Assembly (NCBI RefSeq): GCF_009914755.1
Contig: NC_060927.1
Origin: the human T2T-CHM13v2.0 reference genome, Homo sapiens
Length of the DNA: 64,000 nt
Reading direction: 5' to 3' (one strand)
Below are positions 38,509 to 60,780 of the stretch, one piece after another. The position numbers and the translations under genes were made by a program. Under the pieces are notes generated by a model. It was not told the DNA's origin and made no database searches. It was given only the letters and a program-made list of their open reading frames with translations. Numbering within the stretch: position 1 is the first letter of the stretch; each line of letters opens with the position of its first letter.

Positions 38509-39155
38509 CATTTTCTATAAACTTTCATCAGTCAGCAAACATCAGATTATCTGCTCTGTGCCTAGCACTGTGACAAAATGTTTATGGTGGTTTTGAATTT
38601 CTCTGAATTTCTCAAATGAACAGACAGAGCAGTTAGGCTATCTAAATCAATCACCTGTAGCAACATTTACAATAAAACTGCATAGCAAGGTATTCTCACA
38701 ACTCCTAGACACTGTGGGCAAGGACAAACTATCCAAAGCTGCAAGACCCATGTGGGATAAGAAACTGGGATGAAACAGAGGGAAGATGACTGGGTTTCTG
38801 ACAGTCATGAGAAAAGGAAAGCACTAAGTCACCAGTGGACACTCACCAGAAAGCAAGGCAGGTCAATCTGAAAATAGCCACTACACTGGAATGGCGTTCT
38901 ACAAGATCCAATTTGAGTGTGCATGCAAGGAGATGGCAAAGCAGTCGGATCTGACAGTGCTGGAGTCACTGGGGCCCCGAATGCTCTTGAAACACAAACA
39001 GGAGCTCCCTTCCAAGACAAAGTTCGGCAGTGAGGAGAAAATGCTGGACGTAATCCAAACTGAGCAGGGCCAGGACAGTGGGGCACGGGACAAAAAGGTT
39101 CGGATACAAGTAGGGAAGAAAGCAATCCAGACATGATCAGGTCTAGAAAATTTAA

Positions 39156-40012
<857 letters not shown>

Positions 40013-40049
40013 AGAGAGAGATACACATAGAGAGAGACACACATAGAGA

Positions 40050-42260
40050 GAGACAAAACCCCATTAAAAAGTAGGGTTAGGTCAAATAAAAATGATACAA
40101 TCTGATTATTACAAATTAACTTTTTTCTATCCCCTGTAACTCCCAGCAAAATGCTGGCACATTAAACAAATAAACAAATAAGTTCAATTTGTTAAAAAAA
40201 AAATGGGCAAAAGCCTTAAACAGACATTTCACACACACACACACAAACATATATATAGCCAAATAGCATATGACAAATTGTTTATAAGGGAAATATAAGT
40301 TAAAACCACAATGAGATTTCACTTCCTGCCGGCTACAAAGGCTAAAATAAAAAGTTCTTGTAATACCAAATTTTGGCAGGGATGTGGTGTAACTGGAGCA
40401 CCCATACATTTTTATTAGAAGTGTTAAATAGCATAACTACTTTGGAAAACAATGTGACCGTTTCTTATAAAGTTAAGCATATACTACCCTTACCATATGA
40501 TCTAGCTGTTCTATTTCTAGCTATTTATTCAAGAGAAACAAAAAGTTATGCTCAATAATAGACCTGTATGCACATAGTTACGGCTTTATTCATAATGGTC
40601 CCAAATTGGAAACAAATCAAATATATCCATTAACAGATAAACAGATAAGCAAATTACAGTATATTTACACAATGGAGCATTACTCATCCACAAAAATGAA
40701 TGTATTATTGATACAGGCAACATCGTGGACACATCTTTAAAACATGCTAAACAAAAGAAGTCAGACACCAAACAGTACATACTGCATGGTTGCATTTATA
40801 TAAATTTCTGTAGCTAAAACCAACATATAGTGACCAGTAACTGCCTGATAGAAGGGATTTACAAACGGGCATAAAGATATTTTCTGAAGTGATGGAAATT
40901 TTCTATATGTTTATTGGGGTGCTGCTTGGATGGGTTTCTACTTTGTCAAGTCTTTACCTGTATACTTAAAATGTGTGAATTTTATTGTATATGAATTATA
41001 CCTCAAGAAAGTTTACATAAAATAAATTTATATTTTTTGTTCTGTCCACTGAAAAGGACTAGCAACAGTAACCAATTATTGCCGAAGGGTAGGCCTAGCA
41101 CCCAGATTGTGACTCCCTGAAGAAATGGCTAATTCCAACCGGAATCATTGTACATTTCCATATAAAAATAAGCCTACCACACTTTGTCATGCCATAAAGC
41201 AAGGCAGCTCTTAAAGACTACGAGGGTCATGTTAAAAAGACTTAGATGCCGTACTTAGTAGGCTCCCACTGGTCAAAGACGAAACAAATTGAACATCAAT
41301 AATGACTTAAAATTCTCAGATATGTTTAAATCTGTAAGTTCACTAAAAAACCCCATCGCATTAACATTGAATATCTTTGAAGAATGCTAGGAAACAACTT
41401 CATTAATTTTTAAACAGACAAATGAATAAAATGTTTATCTTGCCTTCACTATGCAAAAAATAACCAAATAGTTGATATGGGAAATTTTTCTTTACAGAGA
41501 AATTCCAGCTAATAAATAAAGAATGAGTGATAGAGTTAGAATATCACCATTTGAATTACTGGATCTAGGCAATGATCACTAGGGGTTGATAACATCACCA
41601 AAAAGGAGACAATCAGACATTACGCACTTTCCAGGAAAAAGACACAGCACCACCTATGGTGTTGTCTTGCCAAAAAAAATAATAATTGAGGCTAAATCTG
41701 ATCAAGCCTCCTGATCTGACTGCACATTTACAGGAAATATGAGACACAGAGAAACGTGTTAAATGGTACCACAGGGATGCAGCAAGCAAGATACAGACTG
41801 TAGGAAATGTTTCCTATCAAATGATTCAAGTGACTTCAACAAAAAAAACTGCAAAGAGAGAAGAAAAAAAGAGATGGAAGAAGGATAGATAGTTTAAAAG
41901 AAATGAGACCAAACAATCATGATGCATAGACATTATCCTGATGTGGAATGAAATAAAGAAAATATAAAAGCAATATGTAAAAATTCAAACACTGGTTATT
42001 TGATTATAGTAAAGAATTATCATTAATTTTTTAGGTTTGGAAGTGGCGGGATTTTTTTAAGATATTAGTAGAGTCTGGAATTTGCACCAAAATAATAAAA
42101 GTGTGGGGACTGAGTGGGGATATACGTGAAATAAGACTGGCCATCTACTGATTATTGTTGAAGCTGGGTTATGGGTATATTTGGCTCATTAAGCTAGGGT
42201 CTGTGTTTTTGTGTACGTTTTAAAATTTTATCATAAAAAGTGGAAAATAAAAGCAATCCG
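40050..42260 (+). mobile_element. Ancient L1MC/MD/ME 3' region
   Basis: AAATGGGCAAAAG..AACAGACATTTCAC..AAAACCACAATGAGAT and L1M 3'UTR motifs. Confidence 0.75.
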
Positions 42261-42356
42261 TTTGAGAAAAGACCGATACATCTGAAATAATTACCAAATT
42301 GTGACAAATCGTTAAATGGTAGGACACACAGATAGGTTTAAATACAAAGCAAAATC

Positions 42357-42666
42357 TTTTTTTTTTTTTTTTTTTTTTTTTTTTGAGACGGAATCTCGCT
42401 CTGTCGCCCAGGCTGGAGTGCAGTGGCGCGATCTCGGCTCACTGCGAGCTCCGCCTCCTGGGTTCACGCCATTCTCCTGCCTCAGCCTCTCCAAGTAGCT
42501 GGGACTACAGGCACCCTCCACCAAGCCCGGCTAATTTTTTTTTTTTTTTTTTGTATTTTTAGTAGAGACGGGGTTTCACCGTGGTCTTGATCTCCTGACC
42601 TTGTGATCCGCCCGCCTCGGCCTCCCAAAGTGCTGGGATTAGAAGCGTGAGCCACCGCGCCCGGCC
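42357..42666 (-). mobile_element. AluY (Yd-type 12-bp deletion)
   Basis: TTTCACCGT^GGTCTTGATC; CpGs retained; TSD AGCAAAATCTT. Confidence 0.88.
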
Positions 42667-43852
42667 AGCAAAATCTTATCCCCAAAATTATCTTTCAGAA
42701 AAGGAGTAACTGGACTTAAATTCTAGTCCTTATAAGTCTTTCACATTATGGGCTCTGTCTCAATGACTTCATTTTGAACAACAAATTATTGATGGAGAAT
42801 AACATATTAACCTGAAACCACTTCAGTCAATACTAGCTTGACATGTTTATAGATATCAAGTGATAAAGTTGTTTCAAAAAGGAATGCAGAGGTTTAACAA
42901 AGATATGGTAATTATTCCAAAGGTTATAGCCTCTCAGTTAAAGATGTTGGCTGTATTATAAAGAAGATAGTTTAAACCAAGATTTTTTAAAAAGGCAATT
43001 CAGTAATTATATTGAGGAAATCATAAATATAAGCAAATAGTCCTAATATGTGAATAGCTACTTATAGTTTGGGATAAATTTTCTAGCAATAGCTCAATAC
43101 AGGATTTCGAAAAGGAAATCTTACTTATCTGGAAGTAAAGAACTTAGCTGGAAGTGAAGATGATACCATCTGAACACTGCATTTGATGACTCAAAATGTG
43201 GCCTTAGTGATGACTAAGAAATTAAGTTGCACCTAGGAGTTTTGTTTAAACTGTCTCACGGAATGTGATATAAGAATAAAAAGCAGTATTTCTAAATCAA
43301 GACATGATTTTTTATCAATTGCTATTTTAAAAACCTTTGTGCATTTAAATTAATACATTCGAGTTAATTTAAATTGAAATAGACATTTGCCTATTTCGTC
43401 AACATGACTAAAAGTTTATAATGTTAAATTGGCCAAATCTCTTTTTCTTTTGGTGGAGGTGATTTCTCATAGAGAAATGGGCGATTGCTTCTCACCTGTG
43501 TTTGCCTGTATTCTGGCAGGTACAATAAATTAAAAGCACTGTAATGTTAGAAAATAGAGGGATCCATGTAGGCGGCTGTAGTTAGGGAAGGCCTTATGAA
43601 AGAAGATGGGATTAAAATGGGTAGAGTTTGTGTTAGTAAGGTAGAAAGCTTTCCAAATGTGAAAAAGAAATGAATAAAGACACATTAACAAAAGAAAGCT
43701 TGACTTGGGTCTCTCCCCCAAATAATAGTTGGAGAAGAACCAGCTAGATTAGCAAGAAGGCCCAACCAGAGGAAAATTAGACATAGGCTATACATGTGGG
43801 GTGAGGCCAGGTTGTGGAAGACTTTGAGAGAATGACCCTCTCTGATTATAGC

Positions 43853-44450
<598 letters not shown>

Positions 44451-44835
44451 AATCAGGGTTTGATAATTTGTGTCTTATATATGTTACTTTATGGTTAAGG
44501 AGTCACTATGACCATTTTATATATGTGGACAAAACCTTTTTTTTTTTTTGTATATGGAGAGATAGATCTCATCTGGATCACAAAATGCTTTTCTGTGGGC
44601 AAAGGTGGTCCAGGAAGAATGAGATCATTTGCTGGTCTGCCATTTGGCCTTGACCATAAATACCCTCCAACTGCAAAGCAGAACTTACTGGGAGAACGTG
44701 GGGTGTCTAGAGGACTTATATCTAGGTCTCATTGTTGTGGATACAGCTTCCAGGGTGCTAGAAATAAAATGATGCCAATCGTAATGGAAGCTGGAGTTAA
44801 AAAGGAAAGTCAGACCACGTCCTAAGAAAATGATA

Positions 44836-45240
44836 GCCGCCAGCGGTGCTGACGTCGGCGGTCCGGCCGGGCGACCTCATCGCCCCGACGGCAGCCGGCC
44901 CGGGGGGCGGGGAGAGGCGGGGGCGGCCCCCGCGCAGGCAAAGGCTTGGGGGGCCAGGGCGCGGCAGTGCAGCTCTCGCCGGAGCCCAGCCGAGCCCAGC
45001 CGAGCGTCCGCCGCTGCCTCCGCGCCGCCGCTGCCTCCGCGCCGCCGCTGCCTCCGCGCCATGGCCGGCCTCAGCTACCTGGAGGCAGTGAAACGCCAGA
45101 TCTAGGCCCTGCAGCAGCAGGCGGACGAGGCGTAAGACCGCGCAGGGCCTGCAGCGGGAGCTGGGCGGTGAGTGTGAGCGGCGCGAGAAAGCTAAAGGTG
45201 ATGTGGCCGCCCTCAACCGACGCATCCAGCTCGTTGAGGA
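44836..45240. promoter_or_regulatory. CpG-island-like segment imported with the TPM4 retrocopy
   Basis: Very GC- and CpG-dense compared with the rest of the window. CRE-like TGACGTCG at 44850; GC boxes at 44902-44926. Confidence 0.65.
45010..45060 (+). repeat. Perfect tandem repeat 3 x GCCGCTGCCTCCGCGCC
   Basis: Read directly; it ends at the pseudogene ATG. Confidence 0.95.
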
Positions 45241-46527
45241 GAAGTTGGACAGGGCTCAGGAAAGACTGGCCACGGCCCCGCAGAAGCTGGAGGAGGCAGA
45301 AAAAGCTGCAGATGAGAGTGAGAGAGGAATGAAGGTGATAGAAAACCGGGCCATGAAGGATGAGGAGAAGATGGAAATTCAGGAGCTGCAGCTCAAAGAG
45401 GCCAAGCACATTGCGGAAGAGGCTGACCGCAAATACTGGGAGGTAGCTCGTAAGCTGGTCTTCCTGGAGGGTGAGCTGGAGAGGGCAGAGGAGCGTGTGG
45501 AGGTGTCTGAACTAAAATGTGGTGACCTTGAAGAAGAACTCAAGAATGTTACTAACAATCTGAAATCTCTGGAGGCTGCGTCTGAAAAGTATTCTGAAAA
45601 GGAGGACAAATGTGAAGAAGAAATTAAACTTCTGTGTGACAAACTGAAAGAGGCTGAGACCCGTGCTGAATTTGCAGAGAGAACGGTTGCAAAACTGGAA
45701 AAGACAATTGATGACCTGGAAGAGAAACTTGCCCAGGCCAAAGAAGAGAACGTGGGCTTACATCAGACACTGGATCAGACACTAAACGAGCTTAACTGTA
45801 TATAAGCAAAACAGAAGAGTCTTGTTCCAACAGAAACTCCGGAGCTCCGTGGGTCTTTCTCTTCTCTTGTAAGAAGTTCCTTTTGTTATTGCCATCTTCG
45901 CTTTGCTGGAAATGTCAAGCAAATTATGAATACATGACCAAATATTTTGTATTGGAGAAGCTTTGAGCACGAGTTAAATCTCATGCCTTCCCTTTTTTTG
46001 TCAAATGGCACCAACTTTTTCAGCTCTCTTATTTTTTCCTTAAGTTGCATTTATTCCTAAGGTAGGCAGGGTATTTCCTAGTAAGCATAGTTTCTTAAGA
46101 CAGAGGCCATTTGGTTCCTGGGAGAATAGGCAGCCCCACACTTTGAAGAACACAGACCCCAGTATCTAGTCGTGGATATGATTAAAACGCTGAAGACCAC
46201 AACCTTTTGGGTCAACTGTTGGTCAAACTATAGGAGAGACCAGGGACCATCACATGGGTAGGGATTTTCCATCCAGAGCCAATAAAAGGGCTGGTGGGGG
46301 CCGGGGGTGGCTATTGTGGGAAGTCATAACCCACAGATAGATTAACCTAAGAATCCTGGTCCTTCTCCACTCTCCACCATGCAGGACAAACATCCTCTCA
46401 AGCAGTCAACGTAGAATGCTTGGGAAATAGTCATAATTACCCACATATAGTAATTAATAGATGGTAATTAATAGATCCTTGATGTGATGTCCTTTTGCAT
46501 ATTTCCTTCATTCTAAAGTTGTTCTCT

Positions 46528-46860
<333 letters not shown>

Positions 46861-47960
46861 AGTTGTTCTCTGAAGAGCAAATGTCTCATTCCAGTAATGA
46901 CCCACTCACCAGGAATATGGTGGAGTTCAGTCCAATTCAGATCAGCCATATCCAAAAGACTACAAGTCATTACTAAGTTGAGCAAAAGAGTTTTTATCTA
47001 TTAGCAGAAAGGGCCTCTCTGGCAGCAGAGATTAAAAATTGGCCCGACTTCATTTCCATACTTCAGGGAATAGCAAATTGAAGATTTACTTATCTAGGAC
47101 TTGAATTCCTTCTTTGGGACCAAGTTAATAAAAGACCAAGAAACTCCTGATTAAACTGGGTAATGAAGGATTCTGTAGACAGGGCTGCACGTATCGGCTT
47201 TGTTTGACTTCTCTTTTCTCAGTTAACATCTCAGAGCTGGAACATTCCACATTCCCCAGCAGCGTGTGGGGGCCGACTAAAGTTTGCAATTCCGACTAAA
47301 AATCACCCTGCTTCTGGCTTATCTGAATCCCTTACCCACCCCACCTCACCACCCCACTCCTATTTATTCAGCACCACACTACCCAGGAAATACACTAGCA
47401 AATTGTGCAATGGAATAAAATCCACACTTTACTTTAGATTCTTGCAACTGTATCATATGTAATAGTATCACTTTTTCTACATTTTGGTCAAATAAATTTT
47501 TACATAAACTACAAAAAAAAAAAAAGAAAATGATACTAGGCTTTGGGGTTGGAGTGTATTGCCTTCAGATCAGATACTTGGCTCTGATTCCCATAATGTC
47601 TTTAAGAATTTCTATCACTACTCTCTCTTTTTCCCCTCCTTTCTGTGCTAAGTATAACCAAGAAAAGGGGCTTTTGACCATTTCCAGATGAGGGTTTTAA
47701 AGTGGCAGCAGAGAGAGAATCCCTTGGGACTGGTATCATATTGGCAGCACAGATCATGACTAAAAAAAGACTGCACAGAGAATGGGGAATTTGGGAGAAG
47801 GTTTGCCAGGTTTGCTTTTTTGGTAGACCTTTTCCAGCAGAGTCAACTAGTCAATGCTTCCCTACTAAACCCTTGGAGTGCCTTGAGCCTGTGTGCCTCT
47901 AAGTGGACATGGATCCATTCTAAAACAATCAGAAGAGTACTTAGAAAACATTTATCTTGT

Positions 47961-48643
<683 letters not shown>

Positions 48644-49315
48644 AGAAAACATTTATCTTGTAACCAGTGGGATACAAGAAGGGCTGGAACTCACCTGAAG
48701 GGCCAGAAGGGAGGTTAGAATTGAGAGCAGGGTGGGGAGGAGATTGTTCTTGAAAAACTAGGCTGGGGCCTTGCTACTCAAACTGTCGTCCCTGGACCAA
48801 CAGGATTGGCACCAGAATATATATTTTAGCAAAATCCCCAGGAGATTTGTCAATATAATTAAAATATGAGAAGCACTGGGCTAGGGTGTTAGCTGAGAGG
48901 CTGAGGAGGGAAGAGTAGATTGGCAAGGAAGATCAAGGTAACAATTAGCAGGGCTTGGTATTCTGACATTTTTGGAGATGGAGATGACACAAAGATGAGT
49001 CCAAGAATACAAATTTGGGAGACTTAAAGAATACAAGTAACGTCCAATACTCATTTATCTACAGATAATTGATAGACTAATTAAAAATCATGCCTATTCA
49101 TTAAGGCCTAGATCCATGGTCAAATGACATGTTTAGTTTTGTTTGCTAAGTTTGCTGTACCCATTAGCATTATATTTATGCATTTAAAAACAACAAAATT
49201 GTTTTTTTCTGCCTGAGAAGTTAAACGCAGGCTGTACTTATATTCATTTCTCTCTTCATTATTTAATCAATGTTTCCTTTCTATGCATTTGTTTTGTGAC
49301 CTTGAACATTACTAA

Positions 49316-53250
<3,935 letters not shown>

Positions 53251-56022
53251 CCAGCTCTTACTCTTTTGAGGTTCAGCACTTGGAGAATCACTCTTAGATT
53301 GAGGTAGGACCACTAATAGCTATTATCAGGAAAGAATATCAAAGAGGAACTCACCATGAGGGAAAGGTAGGTCAAGGCTGGTAACCCAAGTTCAATGCAG
53401 AGAGGTGGAAGAGGGTGTGGGGGAGGGTTGGTATTGGTACAACATACAGCTGAGGACAAATACTGTTTGGTAGTGCTATACCTTGGTGACTATATGAAGC
53501 ACATGAAGGTTAATGAAAATAATTATAACCTTGGATCAATCCCAAGTTGGGGTGCTATTAACCAAGGCATGATTCAACCAGTAAGTGTCTCAGTTTAGCA
53601 GATAACTGTCCCCCAGCCTGTGTGGGATCAGTCTCCAAGAGTCACACCCACAGCCAAAGCAACAGTGGGATTGGCCTGATGTGTGACTTTCAGTTTTCTC
53701 TCTCCCCTTGCTTTGATTAAGGCCCTCATGTCCTTAGACTATTTGCAGAGTGATGAGTGGTCTTTGGGAAATACTGTGCTTCTTAATAATAAGAGAAGGC
53801 CTGATTCCACTTGAGCTTATCAAGTGGGCTGTAAGAACTTCAAGGCCTAGGTTAAAGGTAAAGAAAAAATGTATACGGTTATCACATAGATTAGATTAAA
53901 TCTTTTTTTTTTTTTTTTTTAACAAAACTCCTGGCTGAGTTAAGTAAGTGACTTTTGAGTTAAGAAAAAGAGATACCTGGATAAGGAAGACTCTACATGA
54001 GTGTTTCAGCTAAGACTCCGGGGCTTGGTGTGGATGAATCTGTTCATTAGCCCCGCCTTACTAAATACTGCCTTAATAGGGCTTATTTCTATCTGAATAT
54101 ATAGCATGATTCACTTGCTCTTGTTTATGAGGTAGGAGTAGGGAGGAGGCTGAAGGAGAGTGGCAATGGGAAAGATATATGCTTACCTTTCAAAGGGAGG
54201 TGGCCACTTGGCTGCCAGAAGGTTGGGGAAATGACCTCTGTCAGGGCAATATCCCTACATCAGATCCATTGCCTGCCCTTAACCAAGGAAACCAAGGAAA
54301 GCCCTGAGCAGGGCTGGAGGAGGAGAGTGTGCCAGCCTCATGGGCTATAGTAGTCCTGGTGACGGGCTGAGACATACAGAAACCAACACAGAAGTGAGGA
54401 CTGACTCCTCTTAACCCTCCACTTCAAACTCCATGGGAGCACTAAGCTTGGGGAACACACCCACCATTCAGGTGAACCTCGGGAGGTTTCAGCATGTTCC
54501 AAGGTACAACAGTCAAGTTAGCACATAACAGCATGTCTTGAAACGGCAGGTAATAAGCATTAATCTCCCTAATAAATTCATTAGTCAGCTGTATAGTCTT
54601 GAAAGTGGTTTGTACACTCAGATCATAAATTAAACCCTGGTTAGATATTAACCACCTCTGACTTTGCTCAGCAAATGTCCCAGTAGCCCTAATGGGATCA
54701 AAAGATTCCATTAAGGTTTCCTGCTTTTCTTTTGCCTAATTACACTGATACAAAGCTTCACAGAGAATTTTTAGGGTATAGTTTAAAAAAAAAAGGCAAT
54801 GCCTAATCTAACTTTCATGGGCATATTTACTAAAAAAAAAAGACTGACTATGCACGCAGTCATTCAGGATTCTGGATTTCTGGAAACAGATACTTCTCAG
54901 GGCATCTTTGTAGGGAGATTAGATGAGATTTCTATCACTCACACGGCTCTTCTTTCAGGGTGGGCTCCCTTGAAGCCTATGTCCGTAAGACCAGCCCTCT
55001 GTCCAGTTGTCTTTCTCTCTGGCTGTTTTGACACACATTTCTTGACGCAATATTTCCCTTTTTGGGTATTTTTAAGCTTAATCATACATTATCTATCCAA
55101 ATCCAATGTTTTGCATTCCTTGTATAGAGAGGTCTGTGAACTAGCAAAGCTTAGAGAGATACCAGGAACTCCTGGCAAAAGTATTTTTCAATACCCTGCC
55201 AATCACCTCTCTCTCTCTCAATCCCTAGTTTTATTTTTCCTTCCCCTCTGCCCTGTGCTGCCCGCTCCGCAGAGAAAATCCTTCTTTCTGTCTTCCACTC
55301 TCCTGCCTCTTTGCTGTGAAAACTGCACGCATGTTCAGAATACCCACCTTTCTGTTTCTCCCTCATCTAACCCCCTAGTCCCCATCCCTTCAAACTGACA
55401 TTTCCCCAAACCTCTCCAGATGGTCCCTTGTGCTTTATCATCCCATCTCTACCTCTCTCATCATTCAGCCCTTGGAGGTAAAGGACCTCTGCATAACAGA
55501 AGTTGGTTTTGAAATATTTCAGAATTTGACTCTTCCAGACAGCTGTCTTTGTGGCAGGCATGATCCTAGGTCTCTGGGGACACAGAGGAGAACAAAACAG
55601 AAAATATCCTTAGCTCCTAGAGCTGACTAACATCCTGCTCTCAGCTCAAGGGGGTAAATACCTGTGGCATTTCTACTCACAATCAATTGGTTTGTTTATT
55701 GACTGTTGCCAAATTTCGGGGGTTTTTTAAAACTGAACTTCCTTGACAGTAACAAAGCAAGACTTTGTATTTATTAATATACTTTAAAAAATTAAGGTGG
55801 AGAAGTTTTTTCAATATGTTTTAACGTATCCGCAATGAGAACACATGCGCAAGCAGTCTATTGAGAACTCAGAGGTCAACAAAAGAAGGTTGAACAAATG
55901 TTTGGATTGTCAGTGTCATCCTGCAGATGGATCTGCTCTCCAGATGAATTTTTAATACAATCTCAGGTCCTTTTCATTGGAAAATTATCTTATTTTACAC
56001 TGATACATTTATCTATGCATCT

Positions 56023-58350
<2,328 letters not shown>

Positions 58351-58809
58351 AATGCAGATTCCTACTGATGTTCTCCCCTTCATCCCTATGACTTACCTCA
58401 TAGTTTGCCTGCAGCTAGATGGTTTCTGTACATGAATCTCTTCTCTATTTTGCCTGAGGGCTTTCCCTGGCTCCAGAGAAATTTTTAAGTGCCAGGGAAT
58501 TCATGCCTAGCAAGACAACCATCAACTAATAAAGGAAAGGAGTTGGTGGAGAAATACCCCAGCTTCTCTGTCTCCCTCAGTAGGGCAGTTCTAAGGCTTG
58601 CTTTTCATAGTTCCTCAGACGATCCCTAGTAAGGTTGAGCCCTAGTTGCCCAAGTCTACAACCTGCTCATCAGTGCACATGTTCCCTGCCTCATCTCTCT
58701 CTTGTTTGTGTTTCTGGGGCCGTCACTCTAATAAACTGCTTACATCCATGTCTTTGTTTTAGGGTCTCTTTGGAGAGCTCAAATTAAGGAGTGTCATCTC
58801 AGACAAGAG

Positions 58810-59065
58810 GCGGTAGAGTCATGATGGACAAGAGGCTTTGGAGCCAACTGCCTGGGTGTACTCCAGGTTCCACTACTGATTAGCTGATAACTAGCTAACT
58901 AGTTGTTAACCATTCAAAGTTTCAGTTTCCTCATCTGTAAAATGGGAATAATAACAGTAGCTACCACATAGGGCTCTTGTGAGGATTAAATGAATTCATA
59001 CATGTAAAGTGCTTATAGTAGTGTCTGGCTCATAGTGAATGTATATAAGAAATGCTATTATTATT
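58810..59065 (+). mobile_element. MIR
   Basis: Core TCAGTTTCCTCATCTGTAAAATGGGAATAATAA..GTGAGGATTAAATGA. Similar MIRs at about 16810-17040, 19330-19530 and 35820-36040. Confidence 0.85.
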
Positions 59066-59519
59066 GAATAGATCAAGGTCTCTTGGGTGGGGCCCAGAAA
59101 TATACTTTTCAAATAAGCTCTCCAAGTGATTCTCATGCACAATAAAATTTGAGAACTGCTGAACTAGAGACACACCCCTTGGCATTCCTATTTACAAAGA
59201 AAACATTTAAGGAAGCCTATTCTACTTCAGTAAGTAAGCAAACACCTTCTGCATGGAAAGTTTTTGGGGTAAAATAAAAAGCTGTGTCACTGCTCAGAGT
59301 GCAGGAGAGAATAATGACAGGTGATTGTACCCTTGAGGCTCACCAGGTTACTGGATTCATCCCCCAATTTAAACCTTTTCCCCATATTAGGTAAAACAAG
59401 TTCTAAAATACATTAGTTCTTTGAAACCAGTGATAGCCCAAAGTATGGTCAGACTGGCAGCATCAGTATCACCTGGGAAATTCTTAGATATGTTATTCTC
59501 AGGTTCCATCGCAGGCTTC

Positions 59520-60780
59520 CCCACTGCAATGGTATTATTTTTCCCTTTCCATAATATATTCATTGGAACTAAGTCACTACTAAATCCAGCCCACACTCAG
59601 GAGGAGGAGAATTATGTTTCAATTTCTAGAGGGGGCGGTATCTACATTAATTAGAATTCTTCTGCGCAAAAGATGTGCCCCTCCTCCCCTCATTTATTTA
59701 TTCATTAGTTTTTATTGATGTGTACTCAGGGATATTTAATTTTTTAGTTTATAATCCTATATTATGACTATTTATTTTCTTGCTCAAATCGTCCTGAGCT
59801 TTGGCCATTGGGAACTGTTTCAGGTTGGCTCCTGTGTCCTTTTGACATCCCCAAGCTCATTTTTCCTGTCCCAGCCCCAAAGAGCCATAGAATTGAGAAA
59901 CCAAGATCTGGACACTAGTTGTGTTTATTGATGCTGGGTGTCATTACTTCTAGGCCCTGTCATCTGACACAGCAAGGAAATATATGTGTGTATTCTAATA
60001 CATGTATGCACACATATCTATGTATTTTTCTGAATCTGGCTACCTGCATGCATATGTACGAAAATATATTAAAATACAGATATAAAATAAACATAAGTTT
60101 ATACTGGTATCTCTTACTGTAATTCAGCAGCATAGGGGACATTCTAGCCTTCTCGTCTTGCACATTTGTAACTCCTTCCTCTAAGTTGTATTTATTTGTT
60201 CAACTCTAGTATATATTGCTAACCAGAAGCCCTGAAGAAAAAAATTTACCAACTTAGGTAAGGTGTTTATACTGAGTTCTTTTTGTCTTTAGTCTTACAG
60301 TCTCCAATAAAAATAGCATTTTTAAAAGTTGCTGAGGTCAGCTCCCCACCCCTTTCTGTGAGGTTATTGTATACATTTGAAATATAGTTAAATGTATTTG
60401 TTGCAAACAGAGCTCCATTCTGGGGTGGGATAGATTTTTTATAGTCCATTTGCTCAAGGATTTATTGAATATCAGGACTCCTAGCAACCATAAAATGCTT
60501 TATATGTTTTCAGTATACTTTGTATGTATGTGTGTAAGGCTGTATATAACATTCTTCAAAGAATACATGTTCACTGGAGAAAAATATCCAAAACTACAGG
60601 AAAGCAAAAAGAAAATAAGTCACCAGGCAGCCTATTGCCTGGAAATAACCATGATCAAAATTTTATGATATATTCTTCTAAGCTCTTCTAGATGAACAAA
60701 GTTGGCATTATAAATTCACATTATTTTGAACCTGCTTTTTACCTTTACTACATCATAAACATAAGATAGTATTTGGATGT
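59520..60780 (-). mobile_element. Old L1M (MD/ME) fragments
   Basis: GCTTTGGCCATTGGGAAC..GGCTCCTGTGTCCTTTTGAC..GAAACCAAGATCTGG motifs. Confidence 0.65.

Noticed and set aside
44797-45741. Overlapping Arg/Pro/Ala- or Ser-rich ORFs on both strands
   Set aside because: Stop-poor by-products of GC-rich sequence and antisense coiled-coil codons.
45061-45805. Functional tropomyosin gene
   Set aside because: Intronless with polyA and TSD, two early stops, a frameshift and an L>P change in the coiled coil.
54799-55398. 199-aa ORF
   Set aside because: Leu/Ser/Phe/Pro bias from pyrimidine-rich DNA, no recognisable domain or exon structure; treated as chance, though not formally excluded.
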